Source: Flaccisagitta enflata
Taxonomy: Eukaryota
Assembly: GCA_965153355.1 (NCBI GenBank)
Contig: OZ231126.1
Span: 38,254,001-38,318,000, forward strand
Direction of reading: 5' to 3'
DNA: 64,000 nucleotides
Part shown: piece by piece, positions 24,370-36,121 of the stretch
Layout: the number at the start of each line of letters is the position of its first letter
Numbering within the stretch: the stretch's first letter is position 1
Notes under the pieces: model-generated
What the model saw: the letters and a program-made list of their open reading frames with translations, nothing else
Database searches by the model: none
What the model was told of the DNA's origin: nothing
Made by a program: the position numbers and the translations under genes

Positions 24370-26675
24370 CGGTCAAATATAAATATCCGCTGGGCCAAAA
24401 GCTCAATTTTTAGAGTTTCAAAAAAAAAAAAAAAGTAACCGTCTCCAATTTTTTGCATACTAGTCAAAAACATGCCTTTTTAAGCAAAAAACTGCCATTT
24501 TTGGCAAAAAAAAGTGTGTCTAATTTTTTCGGCTCGCAATCGGGAAAAATGAAGTTGATTTTCTTAATCTACAGCTTTTTTAGGACTAGTGTGCAAAAAA
24601 TTGGAGACGGTTTTTTAGTCGCGTGCACGCGACTCTACAACCCGCTCCGTCTGTCGGTCGGTCGGTCGGTCCGTCCGTCCGTCCGTCCGTCGGTCCGTAA
24701 CACTTTGCTTTTTTTCGTCTTTTTGGGTCATCTGGAGTTATTTTGAGTCATTTTTTGGTTGTTTAGGGGAATTATTGGTTGCTTTTAGTCATTTTTGGTC
24801 ATTTTTGGTCATTTTTGGTCATTTTTGGTCATTTTTGGTCATTTTTGGTCATTTTTGGTCATTTTGGTCATTTTTGGTCATTTTTGATTATTTTTGGTCA
24901 TTTTTGGTCATTTTTGGTCATTTTTGGTCATTTTTGGTCATTTTGGTCATTTTGGTCATTTTGGTCATTTTGGTCATTTTGGTCATTTTTGGTCATTTTT
25001 GGTCATTTTTGGTCATTTTTGGTCATTTTTGGTCATTTTTGGTCATTTTTGGTCATCTTTGGTCATCTTTGGTCATTTTGGTCATTTTGGTCATTTTGGT
25101 CATTTTGGTCATTTTGGTCATTTTGGTCATTTTTGGTCATTTTTGGTCATTTTGGTCATTTAGGTCATTTTAATCATTTTGGTCATTTTGGTCATTTTTG
25201 ATCATTTTGGTCATTTGGTCATTTAGGTTATTTGGTCATTTTGGTCATTTTGAACGTTTTGGTCATTATTGGTCATTTTAGGTCATTTTGGTCATTTGGT
25301 CATTTGGTCATTTTTGGTCATTTTTGGTCATTTTTGGTCATTTTGGTCATTTTGGTCATTATAGGTCATCTTTGGTCATCTTTGGTCATTTTGGTCATTT
25401 TGGTCAATTTTGATCATTTTTGGTCATTCTTGGTCATTTTTGGTCATTTTTGGTCATTTTGGTCATTTTGGTCAATTTTGGTTATTTTGGTCATTTTTGG
25501 TCATTTGGTCATTTTGGTCATTTGGTCATTTAGTCATTTAGTCATTTTGGTCATTTTGGTCATTTTGGTCATTTTTGGTCATTTTGGTCATTTTTGGTTA
25601 AAGTTTGCTGGTTAAAGTCTGCTGGTTGAAGTCTGCTGGTTGAAGTCTGCTGGTCTGCTGGTCTGCTGGTTAAAGTCAGCTGGGCAAAGTCTGATGGTCT
25701 GCTGATGGTCTGCTGGTCTGCTGGTCTGCTGATGGTCTGCTGATGGTCTGCTGATGGTCTGATGGTCTGCTGGTCTGCTGGTCTGCTGGTTAAAGTCAGC
25801 TGGGCAAAGTCTGATGGTTAAAGTCTGCTGGTTTAAATCTGCTGGTTTAAATCTGCTGGTTTAAGTCTGCTGGTCAAAGTCTGCTAGTTTAAATCTGCTG
25901 GTTTAAGTCTGCTGGTTTAAATCTTATGGTTTAAGTCTTCTGGTCTAATGGTTTAAGTCTGCTGGTTTGAGTCTGCTGGTTAAAATGATATTAAAGATAA
26001 GTATGGTTTAAGTCTGGTTTAAGTCTGGTTTAAGTATGGTTTAAGTATGGTTTACGTCTGGTTTAAGTCTGGTTTAAGACTGGTTCATGTCTGATTTATG
26101 TCTGGTTTAGGTCTGGGTTAGGTCTGGTGTAGGTCTGGTGTACGTCTGGTTTTTGTCTGGTTTATGTTTGATTTAGGTCTGATTTAGGTCTGGTTTTGGT
26201 CTGTTTTTGGTCTGGTTTTGGTTTGGTTTGAGTCTGGTATGAGTCTGGTATGAGTCTGGTCTGAGTCTGGTTTTAGTCTGGTTTGAGTCTGGTTTGATTC
26301 TGGTTTGAGCCTGGTTTGAGCCTGGTTTGAGCCTGGTTTGAGCCTGGTTTCGGTCTGGTTTAAATCTGGTTTGAGTCTGGTTTGAGTCTGGTTTGAGTCT
26401 GGATTGAGTCTGGTTTGAGTCTGGTTTGAGTCTGGCTTAAATCTGGTTTTTGTCTGGTTTATGTCTGATTTAGGTCTGGTTTCGGTCTGGTTTAATTCTG
26501 GTTTGAGTCTGGTTTGAGTCTAGTTTGGGTCTGTTTTGGGTTGCGTTTAAGTCTGATTTTCGATAAAAAGATACAATGAGTCAGGTCAGTTCAGTTATTT
26601 TTGTCCTGCACGCGACTTATAGGTGTTGGCCTTGTTTATTTTTCAAAGGGTTTTGGTCTACCAGATATTTGACCG
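24370..26675. mobile_element. Palindromic MITE with 4-bp TSD, interrupted by a 2-kb HINE
   Basis: acag|CGGTCAAATAT ... ATATTTGACCG|acag; internal IR accgtctccaattttttgca / tgcaaaaaattggagacggt. Confidence 0.75.
24611..26636 (+). mobile_element. HINE/DINE-1-like element expanded by minisatellite arrays
   Basis: TTTTTT-AGTCGCGTGCACGCGACT, (GTCG/GTCC)n, then (tttggtcat)n, (gtctgctggt)n and (gtctggtttga)n arrays; 3' GCACGCGACTTATAGGTGTTGGCCTTGTT. Confidence 0.85.
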
Positions 26676-27507
26676 ACAGACAGTCTTTCCGAGTGTAAAG
26701 TCATCTATATCAAACTCAAAAATGGTGCAAGAACTCCTTAGAAAGGGGTGGTGATCATTTCCACGGTGCGTCTATTTTGAGCATTCAAATTTTCATAAAC
26801 GCATCTGCGAGATATGGCATTATTTGCGAATAATCAATGTAGAATAGAAACTAGGGTCGGTGAAACTCAATTTGATCGAAACGAGAGGCGAGATGGATGG
26901 TCACATGACAAGGCCTCAATAATTTAAGGGGTGTTTCGATTGGGGTTGAAACTCTTCAACTCTAATGTAAACAACAAATGACACTGGAAACCAAGTCGAC
27001 TTGCGGGGTCGAGTGTAAGAAGTAGGGTGCCGGGGGTTCTCAATCAGGAAAACTGGAGAGAGAGAGAGAGAGAGAAAGAGAAGAGACACACAGACAAACA
27101 GACAGACAGACAGACAGAAACGAAATCAGAGAAAGACGGAAGAAATGGACGAATCAGACATACAGAGTTACAGACTGAATGAACGTTGAAAAACTGAATA
27201 GATTCAACAAAATTATAGACAGTGGGATAGACAGACAAACCGATCGAAAGACAGTAACAGACCGACGGAGCTGAGCAAGAAAGAAAAGATATCAGGAGAT
27301 AGATGATTTCTTTTGTCGTCCTCCGGGGACGTGAAGTGTTGGCGTAGGAAAAGGAACAACAAAATCGAGTGAATTAAACGCAGATGGTTAAAAAGCCTAC
27401 TCTTTTGATTATATCCGTATTAAATCCGTCAGCTCATGATCACGTTTTCAGATGCATCCTCGCCTGTCTGTAAGCGAGCATTTTCACCTGTCCGCTCATA
27501 ACAAACC

Positions 27508-30500
27508 CACTAGGGCATCCAACGACCGCTAGGTTTAAACTAGGAGTACTTGAACTTTTATTGTGGTTTCTGTTGGTCAAGCCCATGTGGGATCCATGGC
27601 AATTGATTGCAAAATTTTTCCAGGACAAAATTTTTTTAAATTTCAATTTTTTTGTGGGTGGGTGGTACAGGCTATTTTCATCCTTTACCATCAGAACAAG
27701 GTAACTTCTTAAGCATTTATCTCCTAAACGAATCAACAAATTGACCTCAACTTGGGCTCATTTTAAAGAGGAGACACAGCTCTTTAAAATGAGCCCAAAT
27801 TGAGTTTAATTGCTCGATTCGTTTAGGAGCTACAGTCCTCCGAAGTTGATGTTATTTTAAGCCTTTACCATCAAAACAAGGTAAGTTCTATAGCATTTAT
27901 TTCCTAAACGAATCAACAAATTGACCTCAACTTGGGCTCATTTTAAAGAGGAGACACAGCTCTTTAAATGAGCCCAAATTGAGCAATTGCTCAGTGCGTT
28001 TAGGAGCTGCAGTCCTCCAAAGTTGATGTTATTTTTGGCCTTTACCATCAGAACAAGGTAACTTCTAACGCATTTATCTCCTTAACAAATCAACAAATTG
28101 ACCTCAATTTGGGCTCATTTTAAAGAGGAGACACAGCTCGTTAAAATGAGCCCAAATTGAGCCTAATTGCTCAATTCATTTGGGAGCAACAGTCCTCCAA
28201 AGTTGATGTTATTTTCAGCCTTAACCATCAGAACAAGGTAACTTGTAATTTAGCTCTAAAGCATATTTGTCGTAAACAAATCAACAAATTGACCTCAACT
28301 TGAGCTCATTTTAAAGAGGAGACACAGCTCTTTAAAATGAGCTAAAACTGACCTTAATTGCTCAATTTGTTTAGGAGTAATAGCCCTCCAAAGTTGATGC
28401 TATTTTTTTTACAGGGGTATGTATGATTGAGCGGCTTTAGATTTTATCACCCCCCCCCTTTGATTTTCTCCCCCGTGACCAGCGATATGTGGCAGCTTGG
28501 GACCTTAGGACTTAACAGCCAATTCCAAGCATGACATCAAATCTAAGAAAGACCGCAGTGATGCAGATTCATGGTAGCAAATAGCAATGCTACTTGGCAG
28601 GCAAGACCCAAATTGCGGTAATTGCGGCAGGAGAGGAAAGGGAAGGCAATTAAAGGGGTAAAGAAGAAAGGAAAGAAGAATGAAAGTAAAGGGAAAGATT
28701 ATCTTGTGGAAACAAGAGAAAGAAAGAAAGTAAGAGGAAGAAAGTAAGAAAGAGAGAAAGAAGGACAGACAGACAGAAAGACAGAAAAAAAGAACATTCC
28801 AAATTTAGAGACGGAATGATAGAATCAATAGTGAGTAAAAGCTGCAGCAGCTCTTGAAAGACCAATTCTGCTAAGCGACAGCTTGCAGAATCTTCCTCTC
28901 TGAACGTCGTTCAGTGAACGACTGCAAAACTAAGCATGACAGCTTTTTAACTGATTTGCCTTGATTTCTATGCTTTCTCAGCCAATATTAAAAAAAGTCG
29001 CAAAAGTGTTAGATGGTCAGCCTTGAGGCCCAATCCGTGCCTTGAGGCCCAATCCTAGCCTTGAGGCCCAATCCCAGCCTTGAGGCCCAATCCCAGCCTT
29101 TAGGCCAAATCCCAGCCTTGAGGCCAAATCCCAGCCTTGAGGCCTAATCCCAGCCTTGAGGCCAAATCCCAGCCTTGAGGCCAAATTCTAGCCTTCAGGC
29201 CTAATCCCAACCTTGAGGCTAAATCCGAGCCTTGAGGCTAAATCCCAGTCTTGAGGCTAAATCCCAGCCTTGAGACCCAAATCCCAGCCTTGAGGTCCAA
29301 ATCCCAACTTTAAGGCCCAAATTCCAACTTTGAGGCCAAAATCCCAGCCTTGAAGCCTAAAACCCAGCCTTGAGGCCCTAGATCCAGCCTTGAGGCCAAA
29401 ATTCCAGCCTTGCAGCCCAAATTCAAGCCTTAAGGCCCAGCTTTGAGGACTAAATTCTAGTTCTGAGGCCAAAATCCCTGAGACTTACTAAGCTTAGGTC
29501 ATCAGCCCCTTAAGGGCCGCTGCCCCTCTAACCACCTCACACCCACATACACTCACATAGGGGCAATTGGTACTGCTGACCATCTAACACTTTTGCGACT
29601 TTTTTTAATATTGGCTGAGAAAGCATAGAAATCAAGGCAAATCAGTTAAAAAGCTGTCATGCTTAGTTTTGCAGTCGTTCACTGAACGACGTTCAGAGAG
29701 GAAGATTCTGCAAGCTGTCGCTTAGCAGAATTGGTCTTTCAAGAGCTGCTGCAGCTTTTACTCACTATTGATTCTATCATTCCGTCTCTAAATTTGGAAT
29801 GTTCCTTTTTGGGCAGCGGCCCCAAAGGGGACGATGTCCTGTAGAACACAGGGGGACTTTCGTTCGTTTGTTCGTTCGTCCGTCCGTCCGTCCGTCCCCC
29901 CCTGCCTCGAGGCTCAAATCCCGGCTTCAAGGCCTAAATCCCACCCTCAAGGATCAAATCCCAACCTCAAGGCTCAAATCCCAGCCTTGAGGCTCAAATC
30001 CCAGCCTTGAGGCTCAAATCCTAGCCATGAGGCTCAAATCCCAGCCTTGAGGCTCAAATCCCAGCGTTGAGGCTCAAATCCCAGCCTCAAAGCTCTAATC
30101 TCAGCCTTGAGGCTCAAATCACAGCCTCCAGGCTCAAATCCCAGCCTCCAAGCTCAAATCTCAGCCTCCTGGCTCAAATCTCAGCCTCCTGGCTCAAATC
30201 CCAGCCTCCTGGCTCAAATCCCAGCCTTCAGGCTCAAATGCCAGCCTTCACACTCAAAATCCAGCCTCCAGGCTCAAATGCCAGCTTCCAGGCTCATCCC
30301 AGCCTCCAGGCTCAAATCCCAGCCTCGAGGCCCGCTCGGACGGATGGACGGATGGACGAACGAATGAAAGTCCCCCTGTGTTCTACAGGACATTGTCCCC
30401 TTCGGGGCCGCTGCCCTGCTACCCATCACCTACAATCACCAACTTACTAAGCAGGGCAACGGGTATCGCTGACCACATATTGCCCTTGGGCGACTGGTTT

Positions 30501-31664
30501 CTGTCTTTCTGTCTGTCTGTCTTTCTTTCTCTCTTTCTTACCTTCTTCCTCTTACTCTTTCTTTCTCTTGTTTCCACAAGATAATCTTTCCCTTTACTTT
30601 CATTCTTCTTTCCTTTCTTTTTTACCCCTTTAATTGCCTTCCCTTTCCTCGCCTGCCGCATCTACCGCAATTTGGGTCTTGCCTGCCAAGTAGCATTGCT
30701 ATTTGCTACCATGAATCTGCATCACTGCGGTCATTCTTAGATTTGATGTCGTGCTTGGAATTGGCTGTTAAGTCCTAAGGTCCCAAGCTGCCACATAAAC
30801 AAATTGAGCAATTAAGATCAGTTTTGGCTCATTTTAAAGAGCTGTGTCTCCTCTTTAAATTGAACTCAAGTTGAGGTCAATTTGTCAGTTTGTTTACGAG
30901 AAATATGCTTTAGAGCTAAATTACAAGTTACCTTGTTCTGATGGTTAAGGCTGAAAATAACATCAACTTTAGAGGACTGTTGCTCCCAAATAAATTGAGC
31001 AATTAGGCTCAATTTGGGCTCATTTTAAAGAGCTGTGTCTCCTCTTTAAAATGAGCCCAAGTTGAGGTCAATTTGTTGATTCGTTAAGGAGATAAATGCG
31101 TTAGAAGTTACCTTGTTCTGATGGTAAAGGCCTAAAATAACATCAACTTTGGAGGACTGTAGCTCCTAAACAAATTGAGCAATTAAGCTCAATTTGGGCT
31201 CATTTTAAAGAGCTGTGTCTCCTCTTTAAAATGAGCCCAAGTTGAGGTCAATTTGTTGATTCGTTTAGGAAATAAATGCTTTAGAAGTTACCTTGTTCTG
31301 ATGGTAAAGGCTTAAAATAACATCAACTTTGGAGGACTGTAGCTCCTAAACGAATTGAGCAATTAAGCTCAATTTGGGCTCATTTTAAAGAGCTGTGTCT
31401 CCTCTTTAAAATGAGCCCAAGTTGAGGTCAATTTGTTGATTCGTTTAGGAGATAAATGCTTAAGAAGTTACCTTGTTCTGATGGTAAAGGATGAAAATGG
31501 CCTGTACCACCCACCCACAAAAAAATTGAAATTTAAAAAAATTTTGTCCTGGAAAAATTTTGCAATCAATTACCATGGATCCCACATGGGCTTGACCAAC
31601 AGAAACCACAATAAAAGTTCAAGTACTCCTAGTTTAAACCTAGCGGTCGTTGGATGCCATAGTG
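27508..31664. mobile_element. Chapaev-like (CMC superfamily) foldback element, 4157 bp
   Basis: aacc|CACTAGGGCATCC ... GGATGCCATAGTG|aacc; arms 27508-29020 and 29575-31664 are reverse complements; four 180-bp tandem units per arm. Confidence 0.9.
29806..30499 (+). mobile_element. IR-flanked 20-bp minisatellite HINE-like element inserted in the right arm
   Basis: Absent from the left arm (empty site near 28785-28795); inserted in a T-run with no evident TSD; same IRs as 12583-13555. Confidence 0.85.
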
Positions 31665-31993
31665 AACCGCTTAGTTACATGGAGGACCTCTTCTGTGTTT
31701 CTGAGACAACTCCTCTGACAATCGTCGAAAAGCCTCCAATGGAGCATGTGCCCGTGGTTGGTTTTTAGTCGCTGGCTAAGCGACTCTATACAAAAGGGTG
31801 TGCAAAAAAATTGGTATTTACATATCATCATAAAAACAATACTTCTAGATGGCCCAATGAGATGAAAGTTGAAATACAATCTTACTATAGGTTCTAATGA
31901 ATGCTCAAGTGCATAGGTTTTGTGTTTAACTTGTCTGGTTTGCAAAAATAGTAGGGATTGGTAGTTCTGCTAAAATTGTACTCTACAATTTCA

Positions 31994-32317
31994 CAGGCGT
32001 GTATAATGTTGAGTATTCCCCCCCCCCAGTGGGGGGAGGAAATAAAATGAAATGGTTTGGAGATGGGGAAGAAAATCAAAAGCTTTAAAAAAAGAAAAAG
32101 AAAATTTTTGAAGATTCAACACTATTGGCAGTACCAAAAGGTAAAATGTAATTACTACAACACAATTTAACACTATTGAAACCTAAAATATACTGTTTTA
32201 TAGCTTTGAGGGAAAAAAAATCAAAGATTTTCTGACGCAACGCGACGCGTCGCGGGGAAGAAAATCAAATGCAGGTGGGGAATGAAATAAACAGCCACTC
32301 AATTTTATACACCCATG
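31994..32317. mobile_element. hAT-type MITE
   Basis: 8-bp TSD caatttca; CAGGCGTGTATAA ... TTATACACCCATG. Confidence 0.85.
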
Positions 32318-32390
32318 CAATTTCATAGGATTTTTACGGGAAAAAATAAGGCAAATGACAGCAATCATGTTCAACTGGAAAAAATATAGA

Positions 32391-33140
32391 CTGGAGGATA
32401 TTCATGATAGGTACTAAATAGCTTGTACTGAAATGACTAAAAAAAAAAAAGAAATTCTACGGGCAGTTCATGTTGTGGAGCTGTCTTGGGCTACTATTGT
32501 CATCATTTTCAGCTTTAAAAGTTTGCTTGCCGTGCCTTACCTTGAACTTTCCTTGGGTCAATGGGAAACTAAAAATCTCAAATTGCTCAAATCAAAATTT
32601 TAACTGCAGATTTGAAACTGCATGAAAAACTGTCTGTTGAAAGTGTTTTTCTCTTTTCAAAATTCCTTCGGGATCATTGTCAAAACCCACGCTAAACATT
32701 TCTAAAAAAGGTATGTTCAATGATTTTACAAAGAAATTAAAAGGAAAGGTATGTTCTGCGATATTTTAGAGCACTTTTGACCACCTTCTAATTGGAATAT
32801 CAAAAAAGGGAAAACACTTTCAATAGACAGTTTTTTTCCACACATTTCAAATCTGCAGTCAGAATTGGAATTTGAGAACTTTGAAATTTTTGATTTCCTA
32901 TAGGGTTAGGGTTTACAGAAGGTAAGGCGCGGCCACCTAAAATTTGAAATTCAAAAGTAATATCTATTTCAATAGAAGCCTGAGATAGTCCCACAACATG
33001 ATCTGCTCGTAGAATGTTAATTTCATTGCTTTTTGTCATTTAGGTACAGGCTAGTAAGTCTTAAGTAAGTCTCAAGTAAGAAATTTTTACTTGAGACTTA
33101 CTTAAGACTTACTCAACTACCTATCATGAATATCCTCCAG
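32391..33140. mobile_element. MITE with 23-bp perfect TIR and internal IRs
   Basis: ctggaggatattcatgataggta / tacctatcatgaatatcctccag. Confidence 0.8.
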
Positions 33141-33154
33141 GTATCCAGAAAAAG

Positions 33155-33665
33155 TATAGTAGATGTCGTCTAGACTTGGAAATACGGGGGAGCTCATAAC
33201 CTGAGCATCAGTAAAGTAGAGGGACTGATATTTTGCTTGTGCAATGTATAGACCCTAAGGGGTTGACGATGGGGTACGATATCCCCTTCGGCTTACCTTA
33301 GAAAAAAAACTTTCAGTATAAAACTTTAGGATCAATCACTTTTTCCGCAGAATTTCAGCTCAATCTATTTTCTTAAATTGCAAAACCAGCCTGGGATTCG
33401 AACCTGGAACCTTTCAACAAATAAACTGATCATGATATATCTGGAGTCAAGTGAGTTAACCACTTGGCCAATTCCAGAAGCTGATTAAGTTTAGTGAATT
33501 TGATTTAGTGCATTAATGAGAATTTTCTGTTCACAGAGCTGCCATACCCCATCGTCAACCCTATAGACATAAGCATTATACACATGCGGTTTCATTTCAT
33601 TTGCACAAATACTATTTAGGATATGAGGGCCCCCGTATTTCCAATTATAGACAACATATACTGTA
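33155..33665. mobile_element. Degenerate palindromic MITE with a tRNA-like centre
   Basis: ttggaaatacggggg / cccccgtatttccaa and gggttgacgatggggta / taccccatcgtcaaccc inverted pairs. Confidence 0.65.
33386..33478 (-). pseudogene. tRNA-derived fragment (Pol III A/B boxes), SINE head or pseudo-tRNA
   Basis: Minus strand TGGCCAAGTGG ... GGTTCGAATCCC; no convincing cloverleaf. Confidence 0.5.
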
Positions 33666-34629
33666 AAGGAACACTGATATACTTTAGTCCAACAGCACAA
33701 CAATAATGTTCAAAAGTTTAGTCTTAGCATCTTTAAAATCTGCTTAAAGAATCTTGAATTTATCATCACTTTTGATTTGTCCATTGAGACCAATATTTTT
33801 GGGACTATTGCAAACGGGCCTTTCCTGCCCTCTCACTCTTGCTTTCACAAATCTTTGCTGCTTATCCTCTGATAAAAACTCAAAAATATTAAATTGACAT
33901 GATTGACTTCGAACTTTATGGAAAAGTGTCTGTTAAAGATGGTTTTTATTTGTTTACTCCAAAAAATACCAAATTTTTTGCACATCCTGTTAAGCGGCTG
34001 TGTCCGTAGGAAGGTAGGTAAAGCGAAATATATGACGTGAAATTGACTAAAATAGTGACTTCGTACATGCCCCTGCCCAGCCACATTACTGCCCCTGCCC
34101 ACCCGCATTACCGCCCCTGCCCACCTGCCGGCGACTACTTATCGGCCTTGTTTTTCACAGTGCTTGATCGACTAAAGGGGGAGTTATAAATCAACTATAG
34201 GGGGAGTCAAACATTGAATAGGGGAAGTCAAACTTAGGGGAAAGTCAAACATCTCTCCGCGCGCCTTAATTTTCAGAAGCGAAGACTCGTCGGGGGATCT
34301 CATTAACAAAATGATTGACTGAGTAAACGAGTGACTTTTGTTTACTTTCTCAAACCGCGCGGCGAATAACAGCTCAAGGTCGCCATTAGAGGAAGCCACC
34401 GAATCCCGTCGGCGAATAGGTCCATACTGCCTGTCTCTCCCAATGCCCTTCCGCCTCCACCCCCCCCCTCATTTGAACCAGACTTTTACAAGCAATGCAT
34501 GTAAGGGACATGGGCAGAAATTAGAAATGCGCCTTTTCATGTCACGCCTCGGCACTGACCCATCCGCAAGCGGTACTGTTTTCGAATTCGGTGATGTCTT
34601 TTGTTTTACTGACTTTCTAAGCGGGTTTT

Positions 34630-34720
34630 TATTTAGGGTTAGGGGTAGGGTTAGGGTTAAGGTTGGGGATTGGGGTTGGTTTTAGGGTTAGGGTTAGGGT
34701 CAGAGCTATCGTTAGGGCAA
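34630..34720 (+). repeat. Interstitial degenerate (TTAGGG)n
   Basis: ttagggttaggggtagggttagggttaagg...tttagggttagggttaggg. Confidence 0.8.
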
Positions 34721-36121
34721 GGTGAGAGCCGTGTTAGATACATTTCAACCCGAATCTACTCGAATTAAAGCTTCGCCCAAACGGGAAAACCTGATAAAAA
34801 CAAAAGATCAGTATTGTCTTCGAAATTTTTTCCTTGGCAAGCACCAACAATCTGACAGTCAAGCACTGAATCGTACTGAGACGCTGGTCCACGACTAGAA
34901 CAAGGCCGGATAGACGGCCAACAAGTAGTCACTTGCGGGTGGGCAGGGCCAGTGAAGCGGGTGGGCGGGAGCTGTATTACATGTATGGGTGACTAGGGGC
35001 TGTAATGTAATGCCAAATTCGAGTCATCCCGAATTTCGCGTTTCCGACCATCCGACGGACGGACAAACCCTATATTGAGTCGCTTAGCAAGCGATCATAA
35101 ACGGCAAACTGGACGCGGACCATAATACGGCAAATGTTGTTCTTATTTTCTTTCGAGTGAGTGTGGGACTACTGACGATATCTATCAAATTTTGTCCAAA
35201 TCCTCAAGCGCGAAACTCCGACAGTAAACAAAATGTACTTTCTCGAAATCTTTGGAAGGGAGACAATAGGCTGAGTCTGAAACATTAGGGGGTATTTTGA
35301 GCATTTTCAAAGCTGTGTCACAGTTGTAAAAATGCAACCACATTGATGATTTTTGGTGTGCATCCTCCTTGAACATTGTACTTTGACTAAAAAATGGAAT
35401 TTTGGGCTGAACTGCCTACAAAATGACCAATCTACCCCTTTTACCTACCACTACTTTGTCAAATATGGATTTTTGAAGCTTGACAACCCCAAATCTATCA
35501 TCAATATATCCAAAAAATGAATTTTCCCAAGGTATCCTGAACTTGGGTTATGCTTATTAGATGTTACTTAAGGGATTTGGGCTAAAAAAATCCAAATCCA
35601 CCAGTTTGTTTTTTCCTGATATTGTCCTCAAGCCAACTCCACTACTTTTTGACCAAATTTGCATAAATATCGTATATTACTTCCAATTGAGTTTTTTGCA
35701 GTCAAATTCTATAACCTAAGTCCAAAAACTCTTTCAATCCACTCATCAGCACTTCAGCTAAGGAGCCGACTCAAAAATTGCTACCTTACTCAACCTCTAG
35801 GCTCAGAACGAGATCTTATGTTTTCCTAGTTCTACCTTATCAGCGTGAGAGGTCGCGAGGGGCGTTGTCTCCTGTCTTTGCCATAGCCGCAACAGGAGCT
35901 TAAAAAAGCTTATAGTTATATGAGCCATTATGTAATTATAGACGGAGAAAATCCTTAACTATCTTCCAACGAACGCAAAAAAAAAAAACCTTAATAAATG
36001 GGTAAAACCCAAAACATAAACATAAACCAAGTAACACTTCCTTTGTCCGTCTTTTATTCTCATCACAGCTTCAAATCATAGAAGAAACCTATTAGTGGAA
36101 TAATTGGAAATTTAATCTTTG

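Noticed and set aside
24775-25615. FGHFWSFLVI-repeat ORFs
   Set aside because: 9-10-bp minisatellite translations
27440-27739. ORF pair MLIRLGDKCL... (also 31433-31768)
   Set aside because: Mirror images from the foldback arms; no transposase motifs
27682-28390. Regularly spaced palindromic repeats resembling a CRISPR array
   Set aside because: Whole 180-bp units repeat with no unique spacers, there are no cas genes, and the context is eukaryotic
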